Source of the DNA: Mizuhopecten yessoensis
Taxonomy: Eukaryota
Length of the DNA stretch: 64,000 nt
Direction of reading: 5' to 3'
NCBI RefSeq assembly: GCF_002113885.1
Contig: NW_018406397.1
Span: forward strand, 1,376,062 to 1,440,061
Each line of letters starts with the position of its first letter. The stretch's first letter is position 1. The position numbers were made by a program, and so were the translations under genes. Under the pieces are notes generated by a model, which ran no database searches, was not told the origin of the DNA, and saw only the letters and a list, made by a program, of their open reading frames with translations. This document shows positions 40,721-54,336 of the stretch, piece after piece.

Positions 40721-41584
40721 AAATAAACTGGCAATATTGTGGATTGGAAAAGAGAGATATAAAAGAAACGTGTTTGACTGTTTCTCTGATTTGATTTAAA
40801 CATACTTATTGCCCCAAATTTGAGTTATCAACGTCTTTTCCTCTAATACGGTACAAATTGATGTTTACATGATAACACTTAACAAGACATACATTATATA
40901 TAGTTTACAATTTGTTATATTTAACTTTAAATCTGTTGTTGGATTTGATTTGATACTTCTGTATTGATATCTAAGGACATATTTTCATTCCCAAATAAAA
41001 ATAAACATAGATTTACTTGATACATATTTAACGAGCATATGTTTTTGAAATAGCGTAATCGTGCTGTATTAAAAAGCTTACATTTTAAGAAAAAAATGGC
41101 CAACATCCTATTAGGAGTGTCCCCAAGAGCATGATGGATTATCAACAATCTTAACACGGAACAAATCATTGTGATACATTTAACTTGCGTATAATAAGAT
41201 GGTGGAGACGAATTTGCACCACCAGATGTAAAAGATTTAAAAGTATTTATGTTTTTTTTGGATTGTCTGACGGATTCCAAAGACGCCAACTCTATGGCAG
41301 AAAAGAAGTGTTGCTTGAGGAGAGTCTGAAAGGAGGAATATTGTAATCCTATTGGTTCCGTAAATTGTACCGATTGATGTTACCCACTGTGATTGGCAAA
41401 AGGGCCGATAACTAGCTGGGGGTTAAATTGTTTTTCATTTTATATAACATATTCAATTTTTACCTGTTTCTCATGTGTACTTTACATATAGTCGCGTGCA
41501 TGATTGCATACTGTTGTTGTAAAACGCATAAAATGTACACGTATGACACTGTTTTGCGCATGCATCCCATTTGCATTACAAATT

Positions 41585-41850
41585 TGACACTATTCAGCGA
41601 CCCTACTCCACATATAATATAAATATTTCAGTATTAAACGCCTTATCCCCTGTATAGTACATATCTGAGACCATTTAGCGCCTTCGCCATTATATAATAT
41701 ATATCTTACACTATTTAGCGACTTCTCCAATATAAAATATATATCTTACACTATTTAATGTCTTCCCCAAAATATATTACATAGCTTACACAATAAAGTG
41801 CCTGTACGCCATACGTTATATATCTGACGCTATTGGAAGTCTGTATCCCA
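41585..41850. repeat. Degenerate ~39-bp minisatellite (tatatcttacactatttagcgacttctccaatataaaata)
   Basis: Recurring acactatttagcg with ~39-bp spacing; clearest at 41700-41760. Confidence 0.65.
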
Positions 41851-42539
41851 CGTGAATATATGCATGTAAACGTCTCTGACCGAGTCCACATAATTAACGA
41901 AAAGTGGAATAAAGAGATTCGTTAAATGCCGACCAACTGCTACACTCTATAATACGATAATTGTAGTCTACCAACTCGTCAAAATATTTCATTTCGGTAA
42001 TTGAAATATCTTATCAGAAACACAAAGTAACAGCACTAGGTACATAGAGTGCATGGCGAGGTTAACACCGAGTTAGTGGTCATTATGCATGTGATGACGT
42101 CAGTAGCGTCCAAAAAAAGGAACAAGCGTTTTAATCAATCGACAGATAGTTTAACTGTCATGTGCATAGGAGAGTTTACTGTCCCTAGGAGACGTATCGA
42201 TTAGTACTTGTTTTAACGCAGAGAGATAAGTATGTTTATTAGAGTACACAATATTTTCCTACATCCTAATCGGTTGGATCATAATCACGTGGATGTCAGT
42301 AATTTGTGATATTAACTCGTCATGTTACCTTAACGGTAACGTGACCATGCCGTCTAACCAAATACAGCACTTTGATTTTCTTGCATTCATTTTTGTTGAC
42401 TGATATCAAAACCTCTGTATTAACAATTTAAACGTTTATCTCAGTGGATTTATCGTTAAAAGGACATGTAAACGGTTAATATCACTGCCTCAGGTTCATA
42501 TAACGTCATATTCACCTCAACAAAAGAATATAATTAAAA

Positions 42540-42968
42540 TTTCCCTACCCCGTGTAAGATAAAGTTATCTTTTCCCTAGCGACAGTGGGATCACCCTGTG
42601 AAGTATGTGAGAAAACTCTAAATTACACGGGATAGGGAAAGACAGCTGACACGCGCTATGACGTCATAATAATTGATTGTCGACGTGACGTCATTTTATT
42701 GTTTCCGTGATGTCATACAATTGTTGTGAATGGGGAATCATCCGTCTCAACCCTAGGACTTTGGGGTTTGCCGGAAGATAAAGATCGATGTGTATTCGAC
42801 TGGAATGTGCATATTTGTATGTATGTGAGAAAAATAATCAAACATTGGTCTGTTCCATAGACAGGGATATCTAAACCCTCGTGTAAGAGTTTGGCTGGCC
42901 AGCCAAACTCTTACACACGGGTTAAGATATCCCTGTCCACGGAACAGACCCATATAAATTCTATTAAT
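42540..42968. mobile_element. Non-autonomous DNA element with two inverted-repeat structures
   Basis: An 18-bp inverted pair at 42540-42557 and 42623-42640 (1 mismatch). A loopless 104-bp palindrome at 42847-42950 (47/52 paired). Direct repeat gtatgtgagaaaa at about 42603 and 42821. Confidence 0.6.
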
Positions 42969-45391
42969 CTCAGTCGTGGGTTAAGATTCAGGAAAATAAA
43001 CCCAACCGAAACCCAATCCGAAATTTAGGATTTAATAGAATCTTAGTCTAAGAATGTCACGAAAACGTGTAAAAATTGATCGGACGAGATTGAAAAATCT
43101 AAACCGGGTTATAACGGGGGATGGGGGAATATTTCGAGAAAAATCTTTATTCTTAATCGTCTTAACCAAAAATAATATTCAATTGAATATGTAAATCATA
43201 TATTCTTCATTTCATTAAATTTTTAGTAGTACAATGTAGTTTGATTGTCTTCTGTACAGTAACAGTATTTTTCTAATGAAATCAAAACAAAGCGCGCCGA
43301 ATTGAGCAGTTTAAAAGTACATCAACGAAGAGATAATTAAAATATAAGGCCGTGGAAGTCAATCTTTTTTCTATGACACCAGGGCTTCGGTACGTGATCA
43401 ATGATAGGTCGACAGCTACACAGAGCCACACGGAGAGGAGAACACATACTTGCGCGGCGACGGTGCTTCCTGAGTGTGGATTTCGATCATCATCTTTCTC
43501 TCTCCAAAACTCCTCAACGTTTGTAAAAAATATGTCCGCCACAAAACGCCAAAAGCGAATTCAAATGAAGAACAGAGTACATGACACAATTACGCATCAC
43601 CCAGACGTTTTGAGGCAACGTTCGATATCTGTATTTTTAAATAACTCATATTTCCACCACCTAGTTCGGTAGGTATTTTGGAGCTGTTGTTTGTCGGAGT
43701 GTTCAGCCATTGTTGGTTTGTCGTTATAGTCTATTGTTCCTTTCATTCACTGAGAACCTAATGGACCGCCATTGTTACTCCCCTCGTCTATTGCAAAGCG
43801 TGACACACTCAAGTATTGTCATATATTGAATTATGCACAATTATGTATTTTCAAACAAATATGTTTGAAATGTAAACTGGTATATTGGCGTCTGCCTTTG
43901 TCATAATCTGGGTTTATGAGTGGTACTTGTATAGTATTACCTACCGTGTCTGGCATAATAAAATATACATACAGATGTAATATCAGTCCATATTTAGTTT
44001 CAAATCGATTTTTCATTCAATACGTTTCAAATTAGAACACAATATGAATATTCTGTTAGTAAATTACGACATCAGAAACATACAATACAGAGCGAGTGTT
44101 ACACGTACATCATGATGGGCGTATGTATACGTAGCAACCCACTATATAATAAACCAAACCGATAAGTCTAGACCGAGCCTTAAAATAAATAAAAGTATAA
44201 TCTTCAATATCAAAACGTGATTGAAAATATATCATTTCATAACTTTGAGATTGCGTTATATTTTACTTATATTTTCATATTCTGACTTGTTTTTTTTTTG
44301 GTTTTTTAAATCCATGGGCGATGAATTGAAACGGAGTCAATATCAACGTCAGACTTCCATTTTTATCGGCATACGGACAGCAAAAAACATGCTAATATAC
44401 TGTATGGACACATACTGTACTTATATGTCTGGGACAATTGACGATACACTATGGGAGTGTTAGTTTGAGAAATACGAAACACGCAGCTCTATCTTGTACA
44501 TGTACTTACGGCATCAAGTCAATTTCTATTCGCTCCATGGTGGCGTGTCTGGGAGGGTATCCCCGGTCTCCTAGCGGGCAGACTTTGGTATATCCCTCCC
44601 AACGTGGGATCAAGTTATGTTAAATTCCCTACATCTGCGATGAAAACCTCTTATTTACAGTCTGGTACAACGCTGCGTCAGGGCCCGCGTCCAGACCAAT
44701 GTTCATACCCTCTGTATATTTTGTATTATTGTTTAAATGCCGTTTACAAAACTCTTTATTAATAAACGGATTGAGCATTATGAGTGCCCCTTTTGTTGGA
44801 ACTAGAGCGAGATGCCTCATTTACACTTTGTGATCGATTCTGTCTTTTGTGATTATTAGAAACGAAAGCTTGAGCGCACGACCAGATTTCAATTAAAATG
44901 TTTTTCACTATGCTCGCGGAATTTAAAAGGTCGTTCGATACTTAAGCGCCATTAACGATGGCAGAGGCTATAGGATTTCGGTACGTTGACAGATAATGCG
45001 CCATTACCTGTATAGCTTACACCTGTAATCATCAGGTGCTTTGTCAATACGGAATACAGGTAGAATCATCAATACGCGTCGCTTACAGGTAAGCAGTCCA
45101 CAAAAAAACTTATACACACTCAGTATCAGTTCGTGGTATGGATATATGTTTTAGACATGCTGTGGAAGTTAAGCCTTTTTTGAAAGATCTTATGATGACT
45201 TTGATTATAAGTAGAATTGATAACCTCATTTATTAATAAAATCGATTACCTTCTTTGTGAGTAGAACTTTTGACCTATTTTATTTGCAAAATTGATGACC
45301 TCTCTGCTTTTTTCAATAGTTGTCCATCAGGCGAGCTTTCGGGTTTTCATTATCCCGATTGAGAAAAAAAGTTTCAAATTGTTTATTTTTT

Positions 45392-48300
45392 GGTCGTTGG
45401 TGTCACCTCAGTTCCTGTGTCATTGGTGTCGCCTCAGTTCCTGTGTCGTTGGTGTTGCCTCAGTTCCTGTGTCATTGGTGTCGCATCAGTTCCTGTGTCG
45501 TTGGTGTTGCCACAGTTCCTGTGTCGTTGGTGTCACTTCAGTTCCTGTGTCGTTGGTGTCACCTTAGTTCCTGTGTCATTGGTGTTGCACCAGTTCCTGT
45601 GTCATTGGTGGCGCCTCAGTTCCTGCGTTTATCTTTCACTTTGTTTTGGTGTCGTTGGTCTCGCCTCAGTTCCTGCTTTTATCTTTCACTTTGTTTTGGT
45701 GTCGTTGGTCTCGCCTCAGTTCCTGCTTTTATCTTTCACTTTGTTTTGGTGTCGTTGGTGTCGCCACAGTTCCTGTGTCATTGTTGTCACCTCAGTTCCT
45801 GCGGTTACCTTTCACTTTGTTTTGGTGTCGTTGGTCTCGCCTCAGTTCCTGCTTTTATCTTTCACTTTGTTTTGGTGTCGTTGGTCTCGCCTCAGTTCCT
45901 GCTGTTACCTTTCACTTTGTTTTGGTGTCGTTGGTGTCGCCCCAGTTTCTGTGTCGTTGGTGTAGCCTCAGTTCATGTGTCGTTGGTGTTGCCCCCGTTC
46001 CTGCGTCGTTGGTGTCACTTCAGTTCCTGTGTCGTTTGGGTTGCCCCAGTTCCTGTGACATTGGTGTCACCTCAGATCCTGTGTCGTTGGTGTAGCCTCA
46101 GTTCCTGCGGTTACCTTTCACTTTGTTTTGGTGTCGTTGGTCTCGCCTCAGTTCCTGCTTTTACCTTTCACTTTGTTTTGGTGTCGTTGGTCTCGCCTCA
46201 GTTCCTGCTTTTATCTTTCACTTTGTTTTGGTGTCGTTGGTGTCGCCCCAGTTTCTGTGTCGTTGGTGTAGCGTCAGTTCCTGTGTCATTTGTGTTGCCC
46301 CAGTTCCTGTGTTTTTGGTGTCGCCTCAGTTCTTGTGTCGTTGGTGTCGCATCAGTTCCTTTGTCGTTGGTGTTGCCACCGTTCCTGTGTCGTTGGTATC
46401 GCCTCAGTTCCTGTGGCGTTGGTGTCGCCTCAGTTTATGTGTCGTTAGTGTCACCTCAGTTCCTGTGGCGTTGGGGTTGCCCCAGTTCCTGTGACATTGG
46501 TGTCACCTCAGTCCCTGTGTTGTAGGTGTCACTTCAGTTCCAGTGTCGTTGGTGTCTCCCCAGTTCCTGTGTCATTTGTGTCGCCTCAGTTCCTGGGTCG
46601 TTGTCGTCGCTGTCGCCTCAGTTCCTGCTGTTTCCTTTCACTTTGTTTTGGTGTCGTTGGTGTCGCCACAGTTCCTGTGTCGTTGATGTCGCCTCAGTTC
46701 CTGAGTCATTGGTGTCACCTCTGTTCCTGTGGCGTTGGTGTCACCCCAGTTCCTGTGTCGTTTGTGACGCCTCAGTTCCTGTGCCATTGGTGTTGCCCCA
46801 GTTCCTGTGTCATTGGTGTCACCTCAGTTTATGTGTCGTTAGTGTCACCTCAGTTCCTGTGTCATTGGTGTCGCCTCAGTTCCTGTGTCCTTGGTGTTGC
46901 CTCAGTTCCTGTGTCGTTGGTGTTGCCTCAGTTTCTGTGTCGTTGGTGTCGCCTCAGTTCCCGTGTCATTGGTGTCGCCTCAGTTCCTGTGTCGTTGGTG
47001 TCGTCTCAGTTCATGTGTCGTTGATGTTGCCCCAGTTCCTGTGTTGTTGGTGTTGCCCCAGTTCCTGTGTCGTTGGTGTCCCCCGAGTCCCTGTGTCGTT
47101 GGTGTCGCCTCAGTTCATGTGTCGTTGGTGTTGCCGCAGTTCCTGTGTTGTTGGTGTTGCCTCAGTTCCTGTGTTGTTGGTGTCGCCTCAGTTCCTGTGT
47201 TGTAGGTGTCGCCTCAGTTCCTGTGTCGTTGATGTGGCCTCAGTTCCCGTGTCGTTGGTGTCCCCTCAGTTCCTGTGTCGTTGATGTGGCCTCAGTTCCC
47301 GTGTCGTTGGTGTCCCCTCAGTTCCTGTGTCATTGGTGTCGCCTCAGTTCCTGTGTCGTTGGTGTTGTCTCAGTTCCTGTGTCATTGGTGTCACCTCAGT
47401 TTCTGTGTCGTTGGTGTCGCCTCAGTTCCTGTGTCGTTGGTGTTGCCCCAGTTCCTGTGTTGTAGGTGTCGCCTCAGTTCCTGTGTCGTTGGTGTCGCCT
47501 CAGTTCATGTGTCGTTGGTGTCGTCTCAGTTCCTGTGTTGTAGGTGTTGCCCCAGTTCCTGTGTTGTTGGTGTTGCCCCAGTTCCTGTGTCGTTGGTGTC
47601 TCCCCAGTTCCTGTATCATTGGTGTCACCTCAGTTCCTGTGTCGTTGGTGTTGCCCCAGTTCCTGTGTCATTGGTGTCGCCTCAGTTCTTGTGTCATTGG
47701 TGTCGCCTCAGTTCCTGTGTTGTTGGTGTCGCCTCAGTTTCTGTGTCGTTGGTGTCGCCTCAGTTCCTGTGTCATTGGTGTTGCCTCAGTTCCTTTGTCA
47801 TTGGTGTCGCCTCAGTTCCTGTGTCCTTGGTGTCGCCTCAGTTCCTGTGTCGTTGTTGTCGCCTCAGTTCATGTGTCGTTGGTGTCGTCTCAGTTCCTGT
47901 GTTGTTGGTGTTGCCCCAGTTCCTGTGTTGTTGGTGCTGCCCCAGTTCCTGTGTCGTTGGTGTCTCCCCAGTTCCTGTGTCATTGGTGTCACCTCAGTTT
48001 ATGTGGCGTTAGTGTCACCTCAGTTCCTGTGTCATTGGTGTCGCCTTAGTTCTTGTGTCGTTGGTGTCGCCTCAGTTCCTTTGTCGTTGGTGTCGCCTCA
48101 GTTCCTGTGTCACTGGTGTCGCCTCAGTTCCTGTGTCATTGGTGTTGCCTCAGTTCCTGTGTCATTTGTGTCGCCCCAGTTCCTGTGTCATTGGTGTCAC
48201 CTCAGTTCGTGTGTCGTTGGTGTCGCCTCAGTTCCCGTGTCGTTGATGTCGCCTCAGTTCCTGTGTCGTTGGTGTCGTCTCAGTTCCTGTGTTGTTGGTG

Positions 48301-50375
48301 TTGCCCCAGTTCCTGTGTTGTTGGTGCTGCCCCAGTTCCTGTGTCGTTGGTGTCTCCCCAGTTCCTGTGTCATTGGTGTCACCTCAGTTTATGTGGCGTT
48401 AGTGTCACCTCAGTTCCTGTGTCATTGGTGTCGCCTTAGTTCTTGTGTCGTTGGTGTCGCCTCAGTTCCTGTGTCACTGGTGTCGCCTCAGTTCCTGTGT
48501 CACTGGTGTCGCCTCAGTTCCTGTGTCACTGGTGTCGCCTCAGTTCCTGTGTCATTGGTGTTGCCCCAGTTCCTGTGTCATTGGTGTCGCCTCAGATCCT
48601 GTGTCATTTGTGTCGCCCCAGTTCCTGTGTCATTGGTGTCACCTCAGTTTATGTGGCGTTAGTGTCACCTCAGTTCCTGTGTCATTGGTGTCGCTTCAGT
48701 TCCTGTGTCATTGGTGTCACCTCAGTTTATGTGGCGTTAGTGTCACCTCAGTTCCTGTGTCATTGGTGTCGCTTCAGTTCCTGTGTCATTGGTGTCACCT
48801 CAGTTCCTTTGTCGTTGGTGTCGCCTCAGTTCCCGTGTTGTTGGTGTCGCCTGAGTTCCCGTGTCGTTGGTGTCACCGCAGTTCCTGTGTCGTTGGTGTC
48901 ACCTCAGTTTCTGTGTCGTTGGTGTCACCTCAGTTCCTGTGTCATTGGTGTCGCTTCAGTTCCTGTGTCATTGGTGTCACCTCAGTTTATGTGGCGTTAG
49001 TGTCACCTCAGTTCCTGTGTCATTGGTGTCACCTCAGTTCCTTTGTCGTTGGTGTCGCCTCAGTTCCCGTGTTGTTGGTGTCGCCTGAGTTCCCGTGTCG
49101 TTGGTGTCACCGCAGTTCCTGTGTCGTTGGTGTCGACCCAGTTCCTGTGTCGTTGGTGTCACCTCAGTTTCTGTGTCATTGGTGTCGCCTCAGTTCTTGT
49201 GTCATTGGTGTCGCCTCAGTTCCTGTGTAATTGGAGTCGCCTCAGTTCCTGTGTCGTTGGTGTCGGCCCAGTTCCTGTGTCGTTGGTGTCGCCTCAGATC
49301 CTGTGTCGTTGGTGTCGCCTGAGTTCCCGTGTAGTTGGTGTCGCCTCAGTTCCTGTGTCATTGGTGTAGCCTCAGTTCCTGTGTCGTTGGTGTCGCCTGA
49401 GTTCCCGTGTAGTTGGTGTCGCCTCAGTTCCTGTGTCGTTTGTGTCGCCTCAGTTCCCGTGTCGTTGGTGTTGCCTCAGTTCCTGTGTCGTTGGAGTCGC
49501 CTCAGTTCCTGTGTCGTTGGTGTCGCCTCAGTTCCTGTGTCGTTGGTGTCGCCTAAGTTCCTTTGCCGTTGGTGTCGCCACAGTTCCAGGGGCGTTGGTG
49601 TCACTTCAGTTCCCGTGTCGTTGGTGTCGGCTCAGTTCCCGTGTCGTTGGTGTCGCCTCAGTTCCTGTGTCGTTGGTGTTGTCTTAGTTCCTGTGTCGTT
49701 GGTGTCACCTCAGTTCCTGTGTCGTTGGTGGTGTCTTAGTTCCTGTGTCGTTGGTGTTGCCCCAGTTCCTGTGTTGTTGGTGTTGCCCCAGTTCCTGTGT
49801 CGTTGTTGTCGCCTCAGTTCATGTGTCGTTGTTGTCGCCTCAGTTCATGTGTCGTTGATGTCGCCTCAGTTCCTGTGTTGTAGGTGTCGCCTCAGTTCCT
49901 GTGTCGTTGGTGTCGCCTCAGTTCCTGTGTCGTTGGTGTCGCCTCAGTTCCTGTGTCGTTGGTGTCGCCTCAGTTCCTGTGTCGTTGGTGTCGCCTCAGT
50001 TCCTGTGTCGTTGGTGTCGCCTCAGTTCCTGTGTCGTTGGTGTCGCCTCAGTTCCTGTGTCGTTGGTGTCGCCTCAGTTCCTGTGTCGTTGGTGTCGCCT
50101 CAGTTCCCGTGTCGTTGATGTTGCCTCAGTTCCTGTGTCGTTGGTGTCGCCTTAGTTCCTGTGTCGTTGGTGTCGCCTCAGTTCCTGTGTCATTGGTGTC
50201 GCCCCAATTCCTGTGTCGTAGGTGTCGCCTCAGTTCCTGTGTCGTTGGTGTCGCCTCAGTTCATGTGTCGTTGGTGTCGCCTCAGTTCCTGTGTCGTTAG
50301 TGTCACCTCAGTTCCTGTGTCGTTGGTGTCGGCCCAGTTCCTGTGTCGTTGGTGTCGCCTCAGTTTCTGTCATTG
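45392..50375. repeat. 26-bp minisatellite (gtcgttggtgtcgcctcagttcctgt), about 180 copies, with 48-bp variant units at the left end
   Basis: 26-bp period throughout. Units carrying an extra ttttatctttcactttgttttg-type insert occur between about 45625 and 46650. Confidence 0.97.
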
Positions 50376-50471
50376 TCTTTTTTGTGTCTCTTCTGCTTCT
50401 GTTTTCATACCATGCACTTCCTTTCATTATTTGATTGGTGTCTCCTGTGTTCCTGTTGCTGTCTTTCCTGT

Positions 50472-50608
50472 TGTTTCAGTGTATCCTTGTGTTGTCTTGC
50501 CTTCTGTTTCAGTGTATCCTGGTGTTGTCTTGCCTTCTGTTTCAGTGTATCCTGGTGTTGTCGTGCCTTCTGTTTCAGTGTATCCTGGTGTTGTCTTGCC
50601 TTCTGTTT
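50472..50608. repeat. 33-bp repeat (tgtttcagtgtatcctggtgttgtcttgccttc), 4 copies
   Basis: Seen directly, just distal to the 26-bp array. Confidence 0.9.
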
Positions 50609-52809
50609 TGGTGTCTTTTCAGTTCCTTTATCTTATTTTTCGTTTTTATTATTTTCCTTAATTTTTGTTATGTTTTTTTCATTTTGTTTTAGTGTCTCCT
50701 CAGTTCCCTGTTGCTGTCTTTCGTTTTGTTCAGGTGTCCCTTCAGCTACTGCCTTTGTCTATTCGTATAGTATTTTGTTCGAGTGTATGGATGATGAATG
50801 TTGCTTCTCCTTTACATGTAGTAAAAACACTGTTGTTTCAGAGATTGTTTTTGTAAAGAGTAGTTGTAAAATCTATTATAAAACATAAAAAAAATACTTG
50901 TATTGGTTTCCGTTCTAAACGAGAGTCTATGACAAGTGTTTGCCCACGGTTAGCAGAGAGTTTGTAGAGAGGATCTATACCTATGTGTAACTTTGCCCGG
51001 GGGTCCCTGTGCTTGCCTTTATCTATCACCTTGGCATACACTTCGGTAACGGGATCTGGCATCTAAAGTTACAAACACACCTCCCACGTTTACTTAACAC
51101 TGTCACTAACACTGGAGACGAGAACCCCTTATCAATATGACAAACAAACTGCCATTAAAGTCGTACATGGCGGAAGGTGAATCGTTCACAGGGAATCTTA
51201 TCGTAATGTTTTAAAGCAAACAACACGTTTTATATTGCTTTGCTGACAATATCGTCTTGCACGGGATCCTTTAATTGCTGAATATGAGAAATTGAGTTAA
51301 ACGGGCATACGTACGATATAGATAACACGAATAGATTATAAAATGTTTTACTGTATAGAACAAACACGAATTTGTAACCTATATATCATTTAGCCCTTTG
51401 TCTGGATGCGTTGCCCGGAAAAGAGGCTACATTGTTTTCGAAAGATCCAGATAATAATTAAATAATATATGAGTCATTCACACAGAGTAATATTGATTAA
51501 AAATGAAAACTAACATAGGGGCATTATGAGTGTCATTTTGTCCACGTTACGACAGAAACGATCGCGCAATGACTTCTATAGCGTTCTAACGTTTTATAGA
51601 GCCGCTAGAAATTAAACCCGCACCTCCTATAAGAACATCGGGGTTCGATCACTGTCAAACAATTATATATGTAAGCCAACATTATCTATCACATGTTCTA
51701 GATCTCAGCGTTTTCTGATGACATAAATCGATATGTAGAATTAATTAGTAATGTTTGATATGACAGAGATGCATTGCTGTTTCTTCTTGTACTATCCAAT
51801 AGTCTAAAGGCGGCAATTACATTTCTGGATATGTATAACAAGTACGGTTTTTGTTGTGCTTTCTACATAAATCTGAATCGGAGACAGCAGCGAACTAAAA
51901 TATTGATTTTGGAAAGTCTGAAGATTTTGTTTGGTCACATTAAAGTATATTAAGAAAATACAACGAATCATTTTAAATCGTAAGGAATCAAAGTTGATTA
52001 CAAAACCAAAACATAAAGTCGACGCCATCTTGTTTGTCGAGCTCGTAATAGTAGTGAACAGGGTGAAAATAATATCAAATTTATTGAATACAAAAGAAAA
52101 TATATTTCGAATATCTTCAAAAATATTATACTAGACGTTCGGATAACATACTTTAAAGCAATTTAATATATCAAATTCAACCGCTCACATGATGTCTGAT
52201 AAAAAAAAAACGTGGAATTTCCCTATCTCAACTCTCGGGAAAGAATCCTGGTAATAAAAACTAAAACAGTAATTATGATGTGTTAAACATCCATCTTAGT
52301 ATTTTACATCACTTATATCAATGTCTCTTTCACTTATAATACTTTTATCATCCGGAACACATTTATCTTCGCCAATCATACATCGTATCAGTGTCTTCCC
52401 TAATTATAGTCCCTCAACAAAACATCTTATTGACTTCATTACTCATTTTACTGTCTTCACCAATCATACATCGTATCAGTGTCTTCACGTCTCCTCAAAA
52501 CGTTCTCTTCACTCATTATCCATCTCTGCAGGTTGTTATTAAGTAATTGTTATACATGTTGTTATCCCATATTTCTAAACATTTTCTTCATGTTGGTATG
52601 TATGGATTATGAGAAGTTCTTTTTACACTACCAATAAGGTTTTTTTCTATGTGGCATTTCGATGACTAGTACGATATGTACACTGTTACCTTCATCATGC
52701 AAATTACCAGTAAAGCGTACACATAAAGGTGTAAAATGTGTACGAGTTTTCCACCATATCAAGTCGATTATATTTATGTACCGAAATGACTCGATTCGGC
52801 TACGCTTTG

Positions 52810-54190
52810 ATCCACAAGCAGCGCAACCCACTGAGGCCTATTTCGGACACTGGTTCCATTGCTTACACTGTTTTCAGATCATTAGCAGGCATTCTTGGAC
52901 CGCTAGTGGGTAAATCAGAACACCAAGTCAAGAACTCAAAACATCTCACGGAAGCTATGTCTGCATCATGATTCAGGAAGACGAAGAATTCATTTCACAT
53001 GATGTTGTCTTTCTCTTTACCATCACTCATTGACGACGCACTTAGAATCATTCGGAAACGCTTAGAATAAGACAAATCCTGGCGCAAAAACACAAACCTC
53101 CAGTTTCAGGACTTCATGGATTTGCTGGAATTTGTGATGACAACAACATATTTTAGTTTCCGAAACAGCATCTATCAACAACGCTTCGGCACTGCTAGGG
53201 TTAGTCCAGTGTCTCCCATTGTGGCCAGTTTGTTCATGGAACATCTTCCCCCATAGAATTCAAGCCTAGCTTATGGAAACGTTATGTTGACGACATACTT
53301 GAGATAATCAAGAAGGGGTCAAAGAAGGATTTGACCACACATATCAACACCATAGATGCCACTAACAACATCGAATTTACATGTGAGGGGGGAAACAACG
53401 GCACAATGCCCTTCCTAGACACTCTACTGGTAAAGAAAAAAGACGGAACCGTGAAGGTATTGGTCTAAAGAAAAAAGACCGATACGGACCAATACCTGAA
53501 CTTCAAATCTCCCCATCCTTTGCACCAGAGGTTAGTCATCGTACGCACCTTGCTCAACATATGTAATACAATAGTCACAGAACAACAGGACAAAACAAAA
53601 GGGCAGAATCACATCGCTAAGGCAATGGGAACCTGTGTTTATCCAGAATGGGCCCTAAAACGGGTACAAAAACAGTGTCAAAGTAAAGAAATGAACAAGA
53701 AAAGGCCAATCAAGGATAAGAACAAAAACAAAGATCAAGTCGTCATCCCTTACATAAAGGGTATATCCGAAACCATCCAGAGGATATATCGCGGTCATAG
53801 CATAGCAACAGCTATGAAACCCCACTTCGCAATATCCTAGTACACCCTAAAGATAATGCGTATACAAAATCGGATGCAAAAACTGCGTCGCATCGTATAT
53901 TGGAGAGACTGGACGGCGATTTGGGGTCCGCCTTGTTGAACACCGGAAAGATACGGAAACCTAAGAAGGTAGGAAAATCACCAGATTAGAAAGGAAGCAG
54001 TCTGAGTCCCAGATAAATAAATTGGCAATGACAGACCATGCCACACAGAAAAATCATGTGATTGACTTGGATAACTCCAAAGTTTTGGACAGAAAGAGCA
54101 ATCTGTTCAAGCGCCATCAGGATACGCCGTAGTGGGCCAGTTCTAAATGGACACGAGGGGATCAAAGACTCTCGCACATCTATGACCAAG
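52810..54190 (+). pseudogene. Penelope/Poseidon-type reverse transcriptase-GIY-YIG endonuclease, disrupted by frameshifts and stops
   Basis: IHK..PLRPI, HQVKNS, TTYFSFRNSIYQQRFGTA..SPVSPIVASLFME, WKRYVDD (YVDD at 53283-53294), MPFLD, TDQYLNF.S.HP, IPYIKGISE and VYKIGCKNC..SYIGETGR (53860-53916). Confidence 0.92.
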
Positions 54191-54336
54191 TATGAAACAA
54201 AGCGTAGCCGAATTGAGTCATTTCGGTACATATATAACAACTATTGTACATACGCTTACAACGTAGCCGAATCGACTTGATTTGGTAGACAACTCATACA
54301 CATTTTACAACTTTGTGTGTATACGCTTCACTAGTC

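Noticed and set aside
43560-43600. THAP-domain remnant (VLCSSFE on the minus strand)
   Set aside because: It is only a short partial resemblance without the other Cys, Trp and His residues.
45292-50888. Many overlapping Cys/Val-rich ORFs of 60-400 aa
   Set aside because: The 26-bp unit has no plus-strand stop, so all three frames give the same 26-aa permuted peptide. This is a repeat artefact.
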